A program made the position numbers and the translations under genes. A stretch of 64,000 nucleotides of DNA, taken from NCBI GenBank assembly GCA_031441465.1, contig JANOEP010000010.1, positions 128,001-192,000 on the forward strand. Direction: 5' to 3'. Below are positions 54,132 through 64,000 of the stretch, piece after piece (position 1 is the first letter of the stretch; every line of letters begins with the position of its first letter). Source of the DNA: a bacterium. GTDB lineage: Bacteria > Krumholzibacteriota > Krumholzibacteriia > LZORAL124-64-63. Below the pieces are notes generated by a model, which was not told the DNA's origin, searched no databases, and saw only the letters and a program-made list of their open reading frames with translations.

Positions 54132-54745
54132 CGTGCCCCGGCGCACGGCGAATCGTCGTCGGGGCCGGGTGGGACGTCGAAGTCCCGCGCCACGCCCGCA
54201 TCCGTCACCGGCAGGCGGATCACCGCGATCCCCGCCGCGTCGATGAGGTCGCGCATGGGACCGTCGCAGGCCGCGGGATCGCCGTCCAGCCACGCCGCGA
54301 GGGGCGCCACGACCGGGTGGCCGCGCCGTTCCCCGACGACGGGCACGATCACCGCGTCGGGCCGCCGCGCCGAGGCTGCGGCCAGCAATTCGCACGTCGC
54401 CGCGGCGACCAGGGGCACATCGACGGGGTGCAACCAGAGGTGCGTGGCGCGGCCGGCGAGCCGGGCGGCCGCCACCAGGACCGAGGCTGCGGTGTCGCCG
54501 CCGGGCGGGTGGAGCGCCCAGACCGGGCGCAGGCGCCGGGGCAGCAGCGGGGCGTAGAGCGCGGCCAGCGCCGGCGTGGTCACGATGCAGAGCGCCCTGC
54601 CCGCCGCGTCGTGCAGCTCGGCCACCCGGCGCAGCAGGGGGCGCGGGTCGTCCCGCAGCACGACACATCCCTTCGGGGCGCCCATGCGCCGCGAGTCGCC
54701 GCGGGCCAGGATCACGGCCCAGTCGCGCCGTTCGCTCCCGCTCAT
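54128..54745 (-). CDS. MocA/MobA-like nucleotidyltransferase
   Basis: AVILARGDSRRMGAPKG, HPVDVP, GHPVV, DFDVP. Confidence 0.8.
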   Translation of the reverse strand: MSGSERRDWAVILARGDSRRMGAPKGCVVLRDDPRPLLRRVAELHDAAGRALCIVTTPALAALYAPLLPRRLRPVWALHPPGGDTAASVLVAAARLAGRATHLWLHPVDVPLVAAATCELLAAASARRPDAVIVPVVGERRGHPVVAPLAAWLDGDPAACDGPMRDLIDAAGIAVIRLPVTDAGVARDFDVPPGPDDDSPCAGAR

Positions 54746-55335
54746 GCGCCCGTCTTCCCCGGTTGGTGGTCCGGGCTCCCCGCCGTCAACGGTCCAGCGG
54801 TGCGGTAGGCCGCGCGCAGGCGCGGCTCGGGACCGCGCACCTCGCCCAGGACGAACAGCGGCACGCCGCGCGCCTCCATCAGCCGGTCGAGTGCGGCGAA
54901 CAGGCCGAGGCTGTCGAGGCAGTCGTCGAGGCGCAGCAGGGCAGGTGCCGCGGGCGTGCCCGCGGCCGGGCGCGCGAGCAGCCCGTCCGGCCCGCAGAGC
55001 TCGTCCAACATTGCGTCCCAGCCGCGTGCCGCCGCGTCGGACAGGGACACGACCGGCACGGCCAGCGACGTCCGCGCGGGGAAGACCGCGCCGGCCGTCA
55101 CGTCCACCGCGAGCACGACGTGATCAGGATGCTGCGCGGCCAGGGCGTCGACCTCGTCGGGGGCGAGCCCGTCGGGTCCCAGCGTGCAGGACAGAATGGC
55201 GGCGCCGTCGGCGGTGAGGGCTGCGGCGGCGGCGTCGCGCAGGCGCGGCGCGTCTTCGTGCCCGTACCACACCACGACGTGGCCACCGTCGCGGGGCAGG
55301 AAGGCGTGCCAGGGCACCAGGAATGCGAAGTTCAT
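54742..55335 (-). CDS. Hypothetical protein, possibly a degenerate YqeC-like protein
   Basis: ATGA-coupled on both sides; weak resemblance to the YqeC layout; next to a MocA-like gene. Confidence 0.6.
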   Translation of the reverse strand: MNFAFLVPWHAFLPRDGGHVVVWYGHEDAPRLRDAAAAALTADGAAILSCTLGPDGLAPDEVDALAAQHPDHVVLAVDVTAGAVFPARTSLAVPVVSLSDAAARGWDAMLDELCGPDGLLARPAAGTPAAPALLRLDDCLDSLGLFAALDRLMEARGVPLFVLGEVRGPEPRLRAAYRTAGPLTAGSPDHQPGKTGA

Positions 55336-56480
55336 GCCGGTCGCTCCCCGGCGCGGCCGCCCCGCGGCGAGGCCGTCAATCCCGAGTACCAATCCGCCAG
55401 CGCGGCAACCATCCGGTCGCGGTGGAAACAGGCGTCGACCCGGCGGCGTCCGGCCTCACCCATGCGCGCGGCCGACGCGGGATCGGCCAGCAACCCCGAC
55501 AGCGCGGCGGCGAGCGCCGCCACGTCGCCCGGCGGTACCAGCAGACCCGTCTCGCCGTGCACGGTGACCTCGGCGACGCCGGTGGGCAACTGCGTGGCGA
55601 CCACGGGCAGGCCGGCGGCCATCGCCTCCAGTTGGACCAGGCCGAAGGTCTCGGCCCGCAGCAGGCTCGGTAGCACGAGCGCCGCGGCGCCGGACATCAC
55701 CGAGCGCAGCGCCGCGTCGTCCAACTCGCCGTGAAGCCGGACCCGGCCCGCGAGATCGGGTTGCGCCGCCCGGCGCGCCAGCCGGGCTCGCAGGGGGCCG
55801 TCACCCACGACTTCCAGTTCCGCGCCGGGGATCCGCGCGACGGCCTCGAGCAGGACTTCCAGACCCTTGTAGTAGACCAGCCGGCCTACGAAGAGCAGGG
55901 GGCCGCGCCCCGGGCGGGTCGTCAGACGCCACGGTCCGGGATCGATGCCGAAGGGGATGACGGCCGTGCGCCCCGCGTGCGGGGCCAGCAGCGGCGACTG
56001 ATCCCGCAGGCTCGCCGTCGACACCGCGACGCCGTCGCAGCGCGCCAGCAGGCGGCGCACGAGCGGCTGCAGCAGCACCTTGCCCAGCCGCTGGCGCGTG
56101 ATGTCGGCGTGGTACCAGACGGTCAGCCGGCCGTCCGCACCCAACTCGCGCGTGAGGGCCAGCATCGCCGCCGCGGCCAGCGGGTTGGGCCAGTGGAGGG
56201 TGATGACGTCGGGGCGTCGCCGCAACAGACGCCGCAGCTCGATCGCCAGGGTGGGCATGAGGGGTTGCGAGGCGAGCGTCGCGGCAACGCCGCAACGCAC
56301 CAGTTCGCCGCCGCCAGCAGGCGACGACCAAGTTGTGCGGCGCGTCGCGCGCTCCGCGCCCGCGACCAGCACATCGACCTCGTCGCCCCGGGCGAGCAGG
56401 CCGGCGGTGATCGCGGCCAGGACCGTCTCCATCCCGCCCTTGGCGGGCGGGTAGTACTTGCCGATCTGGAGGATGCGCAT
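55332..56480 (-). CDS. Glycosyltransferase family 4 protein
   Basis: MRILQIGKYYPP..GGME, LHWPNP, FVGRLVYYKG, ETFGLVQLEAMAAGLPVV (Ex7E). Confidence 0.93.
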   Translation of the reverse strand: MRILQIGKYYPPAKGGMETVLAAITAGLLARGDEVDVLVAGAERATRRTTWSSPAGGGELVRCGVAATLASQPLMPTLAIELRRLLRRRPDVITLHWPNPLAAAAMLALTRELGADGRLTVWYHADITRQRLGKVLLQPLVRRLLARCDGVAVSTASLRDQSPLLAPHAGRTAVIPFGIDPGPWRLTTRPGRGPLLFVGRLVYYKGLEVLLEAVARIPGAELEVVGDGPLRARLARRAAQPDLAGRVRLHGELDDAALRSVMSGAAALVLPSLLRAETFGLVQLEAMAAGLPVVATQLPTGVAEVTVHGETGLLVPPGDVAALAAALSGLLADPASAARMGEAGRRRVDACFHRDRMVAALADWYSGLTASPRGGRAGERPA

Positions 56481-56554
56481 GGTCCACCCACAGTAGCCGA
56501 TGGCAGCGGGCCGTCCAGCGGCAAGTGCCGCGCCGGCGCGCAGCCGCCGCCTGG

Positions 56555-56592
56555 AAAGCGGAAGGCGGCCCCCCGGAGGAAGCCGCCCTCGC
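56555..56592 (-). terminator. Probable intrinsic terminator after groEL
   Basis: Minus-strand hairpin GGCGGCTTCC-TCCG-GGGGGCCGCC (with G-U pairs) followed by TTCCGCTTT. Confidence 0.55.
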
Positions 56593-56612
56593 ATCGTGCG
56601 GAACGAAGGGGA

Positions 56613-58572
<1,960 letters not shown>

Positions 58573-58613
58573 CTTCTCCGCCTCCTTCTGCCTGTGGGGA
58601 ACAAGGCCGACCG

Positions 58614-58640
58614 TTAGCACTCTCGGCCTAGGATTGCCAA
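58614..58640. promoter_or_regulatory. CIRCE element (HrcA operator)
   Basis: TTAGCACTC-N9-GATTGCCAA versus consensus TTAGCACTC-N9-GAGTGCTAA, lying between the promoter and groES. Confidence 0.88.
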
Positions 58641-58646
58641 GTCGGG

Positions 58647-58674
58647 AATATAGCACGACAACCGACCCCTGCAA
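58647..58674 (-). promoter_or_regulatory. Promoter for groESL
   Basis: TTGCAG-N16-TATATT with an extended -10 TG, immediately upstream of the CIRCE. Confidence 0.6.
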
Positions 58675-58905
58675 GGCGGATATCCTGCATCTGCCAATTC
58701 CTGCGCCAAGTAAATGCCATTATGTCATGCCTCTGCCGGAACCGCCCATCCGTTTGGCCGAACACCGTGGTCCGGGTACCGGATAAAGGCGGGAGCGCAC
58801 GGGTTTGGGAGGGCCTTGATCACGCCGGGCTGAAACCGCGCTTGCACTCGGCGCACGGTTCGTTACCCTGATCGCGTCCGCACACCGAAGCTGACGGGAG
58901 ATCGC

Positions 58906-61464
58906 ATGCTCGACCGGATCCGACTGCGCGACCTGTTGCCGCCCGCCGCCCTGGGCGACCCTTTCGGCCTCGCCGCCTCGGGCGACGAGTTGCTGCAAGC
59001 CGACCCCGCCCGCGCCCTCGGCGCGGCGCACGACGTCGCCGCCCGGCTCAACGAGTCCCGGCGCGACGCCGGCGGGCCGTGGGTCCACGCCGGCCAGATC
59101 CAGGCCCTGGTGCTGCTCACGGCCGCCGCGGCGGTCCTGCTGCGCCGCTTCGCCGCGACCCGGGATCCCGACCTGTGGCGGGCCGCCAGGCGCTGGCTCG
59201 AGGACGATCTGGGCCGGGAAACCGTGGCCGCGCTGCAGCAGGCGCTGGCCTTCCGCCAGACGACCGCCGGTGTGGACGGCGCCACCGTGCGCGCCGACGC
59301 CGACGCCGATGCCAACACCGACGCCGCCTGGCTGCTGCCGCTGCTGCTGCTGGGCCTCGCCGGCGAGAACCGCGCCCTGGACCCGGTCCGCGCCCTGATC
59401 GACGACACCCCGCTGCGCACCCGCCGGGGCTACGCGCAGGCCTGGCCGAGCCTGTTGGCCTACCTCGGCCGCCTGCCGGCCTTCGATGCGCACGTCGGCA
59501 GCCTGGCCGAGTTGCTCGTGCTGCCGCAACGCCTCGCGCCGGACGACCTGCTGGCCCAACTGCTGCGCGCCCACGAGGCCTGGTCGCCGTGGCTGGGCGA
59601 GGAGGGGCCGCCGCTGCTGCTCGCCGCGGGCGTGCTGCACGAGGAGCGCCGCGCCCGCTTCGAGGGTGCCGGCTCCGCGCCCGAGATCAGCTTCGCCGAG
59701 ACGGTGGCCCCGGCCGACGGCGCCGCGCCCTCCCCCCGGCTCGAGGAGCACGAGGCCGTCCGCTACAGCCACGACCGCGCATGGATGCCGAGCCTGGTCC
59801 TGCTCGCCAAGAACACGCACGTGTGGCTCCACCAGCTGGCGAACCGCTACGGCCGGCCCGTCGTGCGCCTCGACCAGGTGCCCGACGAGGAACTGGACGA
59901 GATCGCCGCGCGCGGCGTCACCGGCCTCTGGTTGATCGGCATCTGGCAGCGCAGCCGGGCTTCGCGGACGATCAAGCAGCGTCGCGGCAATCCCGAAGCG
60001 CTCGCGAGCGCCTACGCGCTGGACGACTACCGCGTGGCCGACGACCTCGGCGGCGAGGAGGCGCTGGCCGACCTCCGGCAACGCGCCGGCGTCCGCGGCG
60101 TGCGGCTCGCCGGCGACATGGTGCCCAACCACACCGGCCTCGACGGGCGCTGGGTGATCGAGAGGCCCGACCTGTTCCTGGGCCTCGACCACTCGCCGTT
60201 CCCCGCCTACTCCTTCACCGGCGAGGACCTCTCGCCCGACCCGCGCGCGGCCATCCACCTGGAGGACCACTACGCCGACCACAGCGACGCCGCGATCGTC
60301 TTCCGCCGGACCGACCGCGCGACCGGCCGCGCCCGCTACATCTACCACGGCAACGACGGCACCAGCATGCCGTGGAACGACACCGCGCAGATCGACTACC
60401 TGAACCCCGCGGCCCGCGAGGCCGTGATCCAGGAAGTGCTGGCCGTGGCACGGCGCTTCCCCGTGATCCGCTTCGACGCCGCCATGGTCCTGGCCCGCCG
60501 CCACGTGCGCCGGCTCTGGTACCCCTCGCCGGGCGAGGGCAGCGACATCCCCGGCCGCGCGGCGCACGCCCTGCCGCAGGCGGCGTTCGACGCGGCCATG
60601 CCGCGGGAATTCTGGCGCGAGGTCGTGGACCGCGTGGCGCAGGAGGCGCCCGACACGCTGCTGCTGGCCGAGGCCTTCTGGCTGATGGAGGGCTACTTCG
60701 TGCGCACGCTGGGCATGCACCGCGTCTACAACAGCGCCTTCATGCACATGCTGCGCGATCGCGACAACGCCAAGTACCGCCGTTCGCTCAAGAACGTCCT
60801 GGCCTACGACCCGGCCATCCTGCAGCGCTTCGTCAATTTCATGAGCAACCCCGACGAGGCCACCGCCGAGAGCCAGTTCGGCAAGGGCGAGCACTACTTC
60901 GGCGTGTGCGCGCTCATGGCGACGCTGCCGGGGCTGCCCTTGATCGCCCACGGGCAGTTCGAGGGCTTCACCGAGAAGTACGGCATGGAGTACGCGCGGG
61001 CCTACCGCGACGAGACGCCCGACGAGGGCTTCCTGGAGCATCAGGCGACGATGATCTTCCCGCTGCTACGCGAGCGCGCGCTGTTCGCGGGCGCCGAGCT
61101 GTTCCGTCTCTTCGACCTGATCGACGACGACGGTGACGCCCAGGAGGACGTCTTCGCCCACGTGAACGGATTCGGCGCGCGCCGCTGCCTCGTGCTGTTC
61201 AACAACGGGCCGGCGACGCTCACCGGCACCCTGGTGCGTTCGGCGCCCTGCCGCAACGCCCACGGCGACCTGCGGACCGGCACCCTGGCCGAAGCGCTGG
61301 CGCTGCCCGCCGCCGGATCGGGCGTGCTGCGCCTGAGCGACCCGCGCACCGGCTTCACGCAGGAAATCCCGCTCGACGCCGTGCGCGAACGGGGCCTGCG
61401 GGTCACCCTCGCCCCCTTCGAGTGCCGGGTCCTGCTCGACCCGGTTGTCGCGGGGGCGGGCTGA
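58906..61464 (+). CDS. GH13 alpha-amylase-family glycoside hydrolase
   Basis: GLWLIGIW, DMVPNH, IRFDAAM, LLAEAFW and FMSNPDE matching GH13 conserved regions. Confidence 0.88.
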   Translation: MLDRIRLRDLLPPAALGDPFGLAASGDELLQADPARALGAAHDVAARLNESRRDAGGPWVHAGQIQALVLLTAAAAVLLRRFAATRDPDLWRAARRWLEDDLGRETVAALQQALAFRQTTAGVDGATVRADADADANTDAAWLLPLLLLGLAGENRALDPVRALIDDTPLRTRRGYAQAWPSLLAYLGRLPAFDAHVGSLAELLVLPQRLAPDDLLAQLLRAHEAWSPWLGEEGPPLLLAAGVLHEERRARFEGAGSAPEISFAETVAPADGAAPSPRLEEHEAVRYSHDRAWMPSLVLLAKNTHVWLHQLANRYGRPVVRLDQVPDEELDEIAARGVTGLWLIGIWQRSRASRTIKQRRGNPEALASAYALDDYRVADDLGGEEALADLRQRAGVRGVRLAGDMVPNHTGLDGRWVIERPDLFLGLDHSPFPAYSFTGEDLSPDPRAAIHLEDHYADHSDAAIVFRRTDRATGRARYIYHGNDGTSMPWNDTAQIDYLNPAAREAVIQEVLAVARRFPVIRFDAAMVLARRHVRRLWYPSPGEGSDIPGRAAHALPQAAFDAAMPREFWREVVDRVAQEAPDTLLLAEAFWLMEGYFVRTLGMHRVYNSAFMHMLRDRDNAKYRRSLKNVLAYDPAILQRFVNFMSNPDEATAESQFGKGEHYFGVCALMATLPGLPLIAHGQFEGFTEKYGMEYARAYRDETPDEGFLEHQATMIFPLLRERALFAGAELFRLFDLIDDDGDAQEDVFAHVNGFGARRCLVLFNNGPATLTGTLVRSAPCRNAHGDLRTGTLAEALALPAAGSGVLRLSDPRTGFTQEIPLDAVRERGLRVTLAPFECRVLLDPVVAGAG

Positions 61465-61498
61465 TCGTCAGCGGGTGCACGATCGTCAGCGGGTGCAC
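61463..61498. repeat. Perfect 18-bp tandem duplication at a convergent gene junction
   Basis: gatcgtcagcgggtgcac x2 (61463-61480 and 61481-61498). Confidence 0.92.
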
Positions 61499-63057
61499 TG
61501 GGCCACGAAGCCGGCGATCCGCTTCACCACGCCCTTGGCGCACTCCGGCGCCGGCGTCCCACCCGCAGCCGGCACCTCCTGCAGGCAATGGTTCAACCCG
61601 GCCGCCACCGTGCAGGCCACCTTCAGGTGGCCCTGCTCGTTGAGCCAGGTCTTCAGCGCCGACGCTTCCGTGGACGGGACCACGTCGTCGCGATCACCGT
61701 GCAGCAGCATCACCGGCAGGCCCGCCGCCAGCAGGGGCGGGCGCGGGTCGCGGGCGAGGAACGAGGCGAGCCAGGGGGCGTCCGCCGGACGCGGCTGCGC
61801 GGCGTGGAGTTCCGCGCCGGGCGAGGTCACCGCCCCCACGAGGATCAACCCTTTCAGGGGGCCTCCGGCCTGCGCGCAGAGGGCGGCCGCCTCCCCCGCC
61901 AGCAGGCCTCCCTCGCCGTGGGTCAGCAGCAGGATCTTCGCGGGATCCACCCCGGCGGCCGCGCCCAGCGCGGCGGCGGCGGCGGCCGCGTCGCGGGCCA
62001 TCGCTTCGAGCGCCAGCACGCCGTCGGCGGGCGGGCGCGGCTCGTAACGCAGCGTGGCGATGCCGGAGGCGGCGAGTTCCGCCGCCAGGTGCGCGTAGAA
62101 TTTGAAATCGCCGGACGCGGCGTCGCGGCCCGACTGCGCCGGACCGGCGACGAGCACCACCCCGGCGACGGGTCCGGCCCCCGGCGCCTTGGCACCCGGC
62201 GCCTTGGCGGCCGCGTCCTTGCCCGGCGGCGGCATCGTCAGGGTGGCGGCGAGCGCGAGGCCGTCGCTGACGACCGTCGTCTCGGCGCCGCCGGGACCGG
62301 CGACGGCGCCGGCCCCCGGCGTGCCGCCCGTGGCCATGACCCGCCCCTGGGGCGTCTCGACGCCGAAGAAACTGCCGTCCGGGTGCTGGTGGATCTTCAT
62401 CACGACCGGTTGTTTCAGATCCTTGTGCGTGATCGTCAGCTCGAAACTGCGCACGGGCACCTCGACCCCCTTCTGCGCGATCGTCCCGTTCCCCAGCCCC
62501 CGCACGGCCAAATCCAGCTTTTGATACCCGTTGGTGGCCGCGAAGGTCGCCGTGTACGTAGCGGCGTCCCGGGACGAGAGCAGGTCGCTAAGAGCCATCA
62601 GCGCCGGCGCCGCCCCCTGCGGCAGGTAGACGGTCTGTGCGGCCAGCTTCTCGGCCGGCACGGGCATCTTCATGCCGTTCACCGTGGCCGACACCTCGGG
62701 CTTCCCGTCCGGCACGTGGACGCTCACGATCTCGAGTTCCTGCTCGGGCGTCTTCACCCAGGAGGACGCGCGCACGAAGCTGCGCAGGTCGGGTGTCATC
62801 TCCAGGGTCCACTTCAGGCTCGTGGTGCCCCGGATGGTGCCACCGCCGCGGTAGGAGACGCGCCCGTCCGCGTGCACGGTCCGGACGGCGGACATCCAAC
62901 CGGCGGTGGCGCCCTCGGCTTCGACCAGGAAGTGGAGGGAATCGACGGGCGCCTTCCCGGGCCAGGCCGCGGAGGCGCGCATCGCCGGCCCGCACAGGCC
63001 CATCGCGAGCAGCAGCAACAGGGAACTGGTTCGCGCGAAGCGGCGGGTTCGGCTCAT
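61486..63057 (-). CDS. Exported protein with a C-terminal alpha/beta-hydrolase fold (nucleophile apparently absent)
   Basis: Signal peptide (ASA-A), LAATLTMP, GIATLRYEPR, THGEGG, HGDRDDVV, GLNHCL; GGAGG RBS before ATG 63057. Confidence 0.8.
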   Translation of the reverse strand: MSRTRRFARTSSLLLLLAMGLCGPAMRASAAWPGKAPVDSLHFLVEAEGATAGWMSAVRTVHADGRVSYRGGGTIRGTTSLKWTLEMTPDLRSFVRASSWVKTPEQELEIVSVHVPDGKPEVSATVNGMKMPVPAEKLAAQTVYLPQGAAPALMALSDLLSSRDAATYTATFAATNGYQKLDLAVRGLGNGTIAQKGVEVPVRSFELTITHKDLKQPVVMKIHQHPDGSFFGVETPQGRVMATGGTPGAGAVAGPGGAETTVVSDGLALAATLTMPPPGKDAAAKAPGAKAPGAGPVAGVVLVAGPAQSGRDAASGDFKFYAHLAAELAASGIATLRYEPRPPADGVLALEAMARDAAAAAAALGAAAGVDPAKILLLTHGEGGLLAGEAAALCAQAGGPLKGLILVGAVTSPGAELHAAQPRPADAPWLASFLARDPRPPLLAAGLPVMLLHGDRDDVVPSTEASALKTWLNEQGHLKVACTVAAGLNHCLQEVPAAGGTPAPECAKGVVKRIAGFVAQCTR

Positions 63058-63148
63058 GACGGACCTCCGGAGGGGGGGACGGCGACGGTCGCGGGGCGGC
63101 GGCCCTGCGGTGCGCCCGCGGTCAGCAAAGGGGATCGCCGTGCGAGCG

Positions 63149-63946
63149 TCAAGCAAGGATCGGGCGCGGGCGACGGCCGGCCGCGGCCCCGAGCAACGCC
63201 GCGCCCTTGAGCGTCCAGAGCGGGTCCCGCCGCCAGCGTTCGGTCCCGGGGAAGAACGTCGCGGCGTCGCCGAGCAGGCCGGCCTGCCCGCCGGTCAGCA
63301 CGACGTCCAGGGGGCCGTGGCGCGCCACGAGGGCGAGCGCAGTCCCGACCACGCCGTGGGCGCCGACGAGGTAGCAACCGGCGACCAGGGCGCCGTGGGT
63401 TTCGGGACACGGGTCGGCCGGGCTAGGCTTCGGCACGACCGGGTGCAGGCGCGCGGCCCGCTCCCCCAGCGCACCGGCGGCGAGCGCCGCGCCGGGCGCG
63501 ATCAACCCGCCGACGAAGACGCCCGCCCGCAGGACGTTGAACGTGGTGGCGGTGCCCATGTCCACCACCAGCGCGTCGCGCTGGCCGGCGCCGGCCGCGG
63601 CCGCCAGGTCGCAAAACCGGTCCGCGCCCGTGGCGGCCGGCTCGACCAGCGCCAACGCGTAGGGCAACGGCGCGGTATGGTCGGCGGCGACGGCGTCCGG
63701 CAGCCCCGCCAGCAGCACGGCGGTGACCTCGGGCACGACCGAAGCGACCGCGGCGCGCCGCAGGCCGTGGCGGCGCGCGAACGCGGCGAGCCCGTCGAGC
63801 AACTGCTCCCGCCCGGCGCTGTCGCGCGGCGTGGGCAGGTGCAGGAGTTCCGCGAAACGAATGTCGTCGGTGGCGTTAGCTCCCGCCGGCGACCAGGCGG
63901 CCGCGCTGGTGCGGGTGTTGCCGACATCCACCACGAGCATGGTCAT
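63149..63946 (-). CDS. coaX: Type III pantothenate kinase
   Basis: VDVGNT, ASVVP, GADR, VVDMGTATT, GGLIAPG, VLTGG, TLKG. Confidence 0.93.
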   Translation of the reverse strand: MTMLVVDVGNTRTSAAAWSPAGANATDDIRFAELLHLPTPRDSAGREQLLDGLAAFARRHGLRRAAVASVVPEVTAVLLAGLPDAVAADHTAPLPYALALVEPAATGADRFCDLAAAAGAGQRDALVVDMGTATTFNVLRAGVFVGGLIAPGAALAAGALGERAARLHPVVPKPSPADPCPETHGALVAGCYLVGAHGVVGTALALVARHGPLDVVLTGGQAGLLGDAATFFPGTERWRRDPLWTLKGAALLGAAAGRRPRPILA

Positions 63947-64000
63947 CCCCTCCCCGGTCCCGGCGACGACGCCGCCCCGAGTCCGAGCACGTGCACGTCC
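63943..64000 (-). CDS. 3' end of an upstream CDS, possibly biotin ligase BirA
   Basis: Reads ...DVHVLGLGAASSPGPGRG* with ATGA overlap into coaX. birA-coaX adjacency is common, but only 18 codons are visible. Confidence 0.4.
   Translation of the reverse strand, partial: DVHVLGLGAASSPGPGRG

Noticed and set aside
58681..58725. Possible sigma54 promoter (TGGC repeats) upstream of groES
   Set aside because: TGGCGC-N5-TTGG misses the invariant -12 GC, and the other register is a poor match. The sigma70 promoter plus CIRCE already explains the region.
62179..62208. Short repeat encoding KAPGA twice
   Set aside because: In-frame, low-complexity linker duplication with no wider pattern.

Overview
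Very GC-rich (roughly 70-75% by eye) bacterial chromosomal window, densely coding, with almost all genes on the minus strand and many ATGA/GTGA stop-start overlaps. Gene content (lipid A acyltransferase, PorU/PorV type IX secretion components, cargo with C-terminal sorting domains, CIRCE-controlled groESL) points to a diderm FCB-superphylum organism outside the typical Bacteroidota, perhaps Latescibacterota/Krumholzibacteriota-like; this taxonomic call is inference. Most genes are housekeeping: obg, coaD, rsmD, aroK, ligA, dinG, accA, dnaE, a PpiD-like isomerase, an MrfAB/YprAB-like pair, tatA, panBC, folBK, groESL and coaX. There is also a ~17 kb outer-membrane/T9SS cluster (trm112-porU-porV-M6 protease-two paralogous membrane proteins-NHL lipoprotein-1158 aa barrel-Omp85). 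I saw no rRNA, tRNA, CRISPR array or mobile element. The most anomalous signal is a 78-bp island inside hutI where 23 of 26 codons end in A/T while the conserved protein motif is kept. Other oddities are a (CCGGG)3 repeat that puts the signal peptide of an M23 peptidase out of frame, a 9x7-bp CG-phased array in a long 5' leader, short tandem duplications and several apparent pseudo-enzymes. Many starts were moved from the ORF track using RBS and overlap evidence. Family assignments come from motif recognition only; no searches were run.
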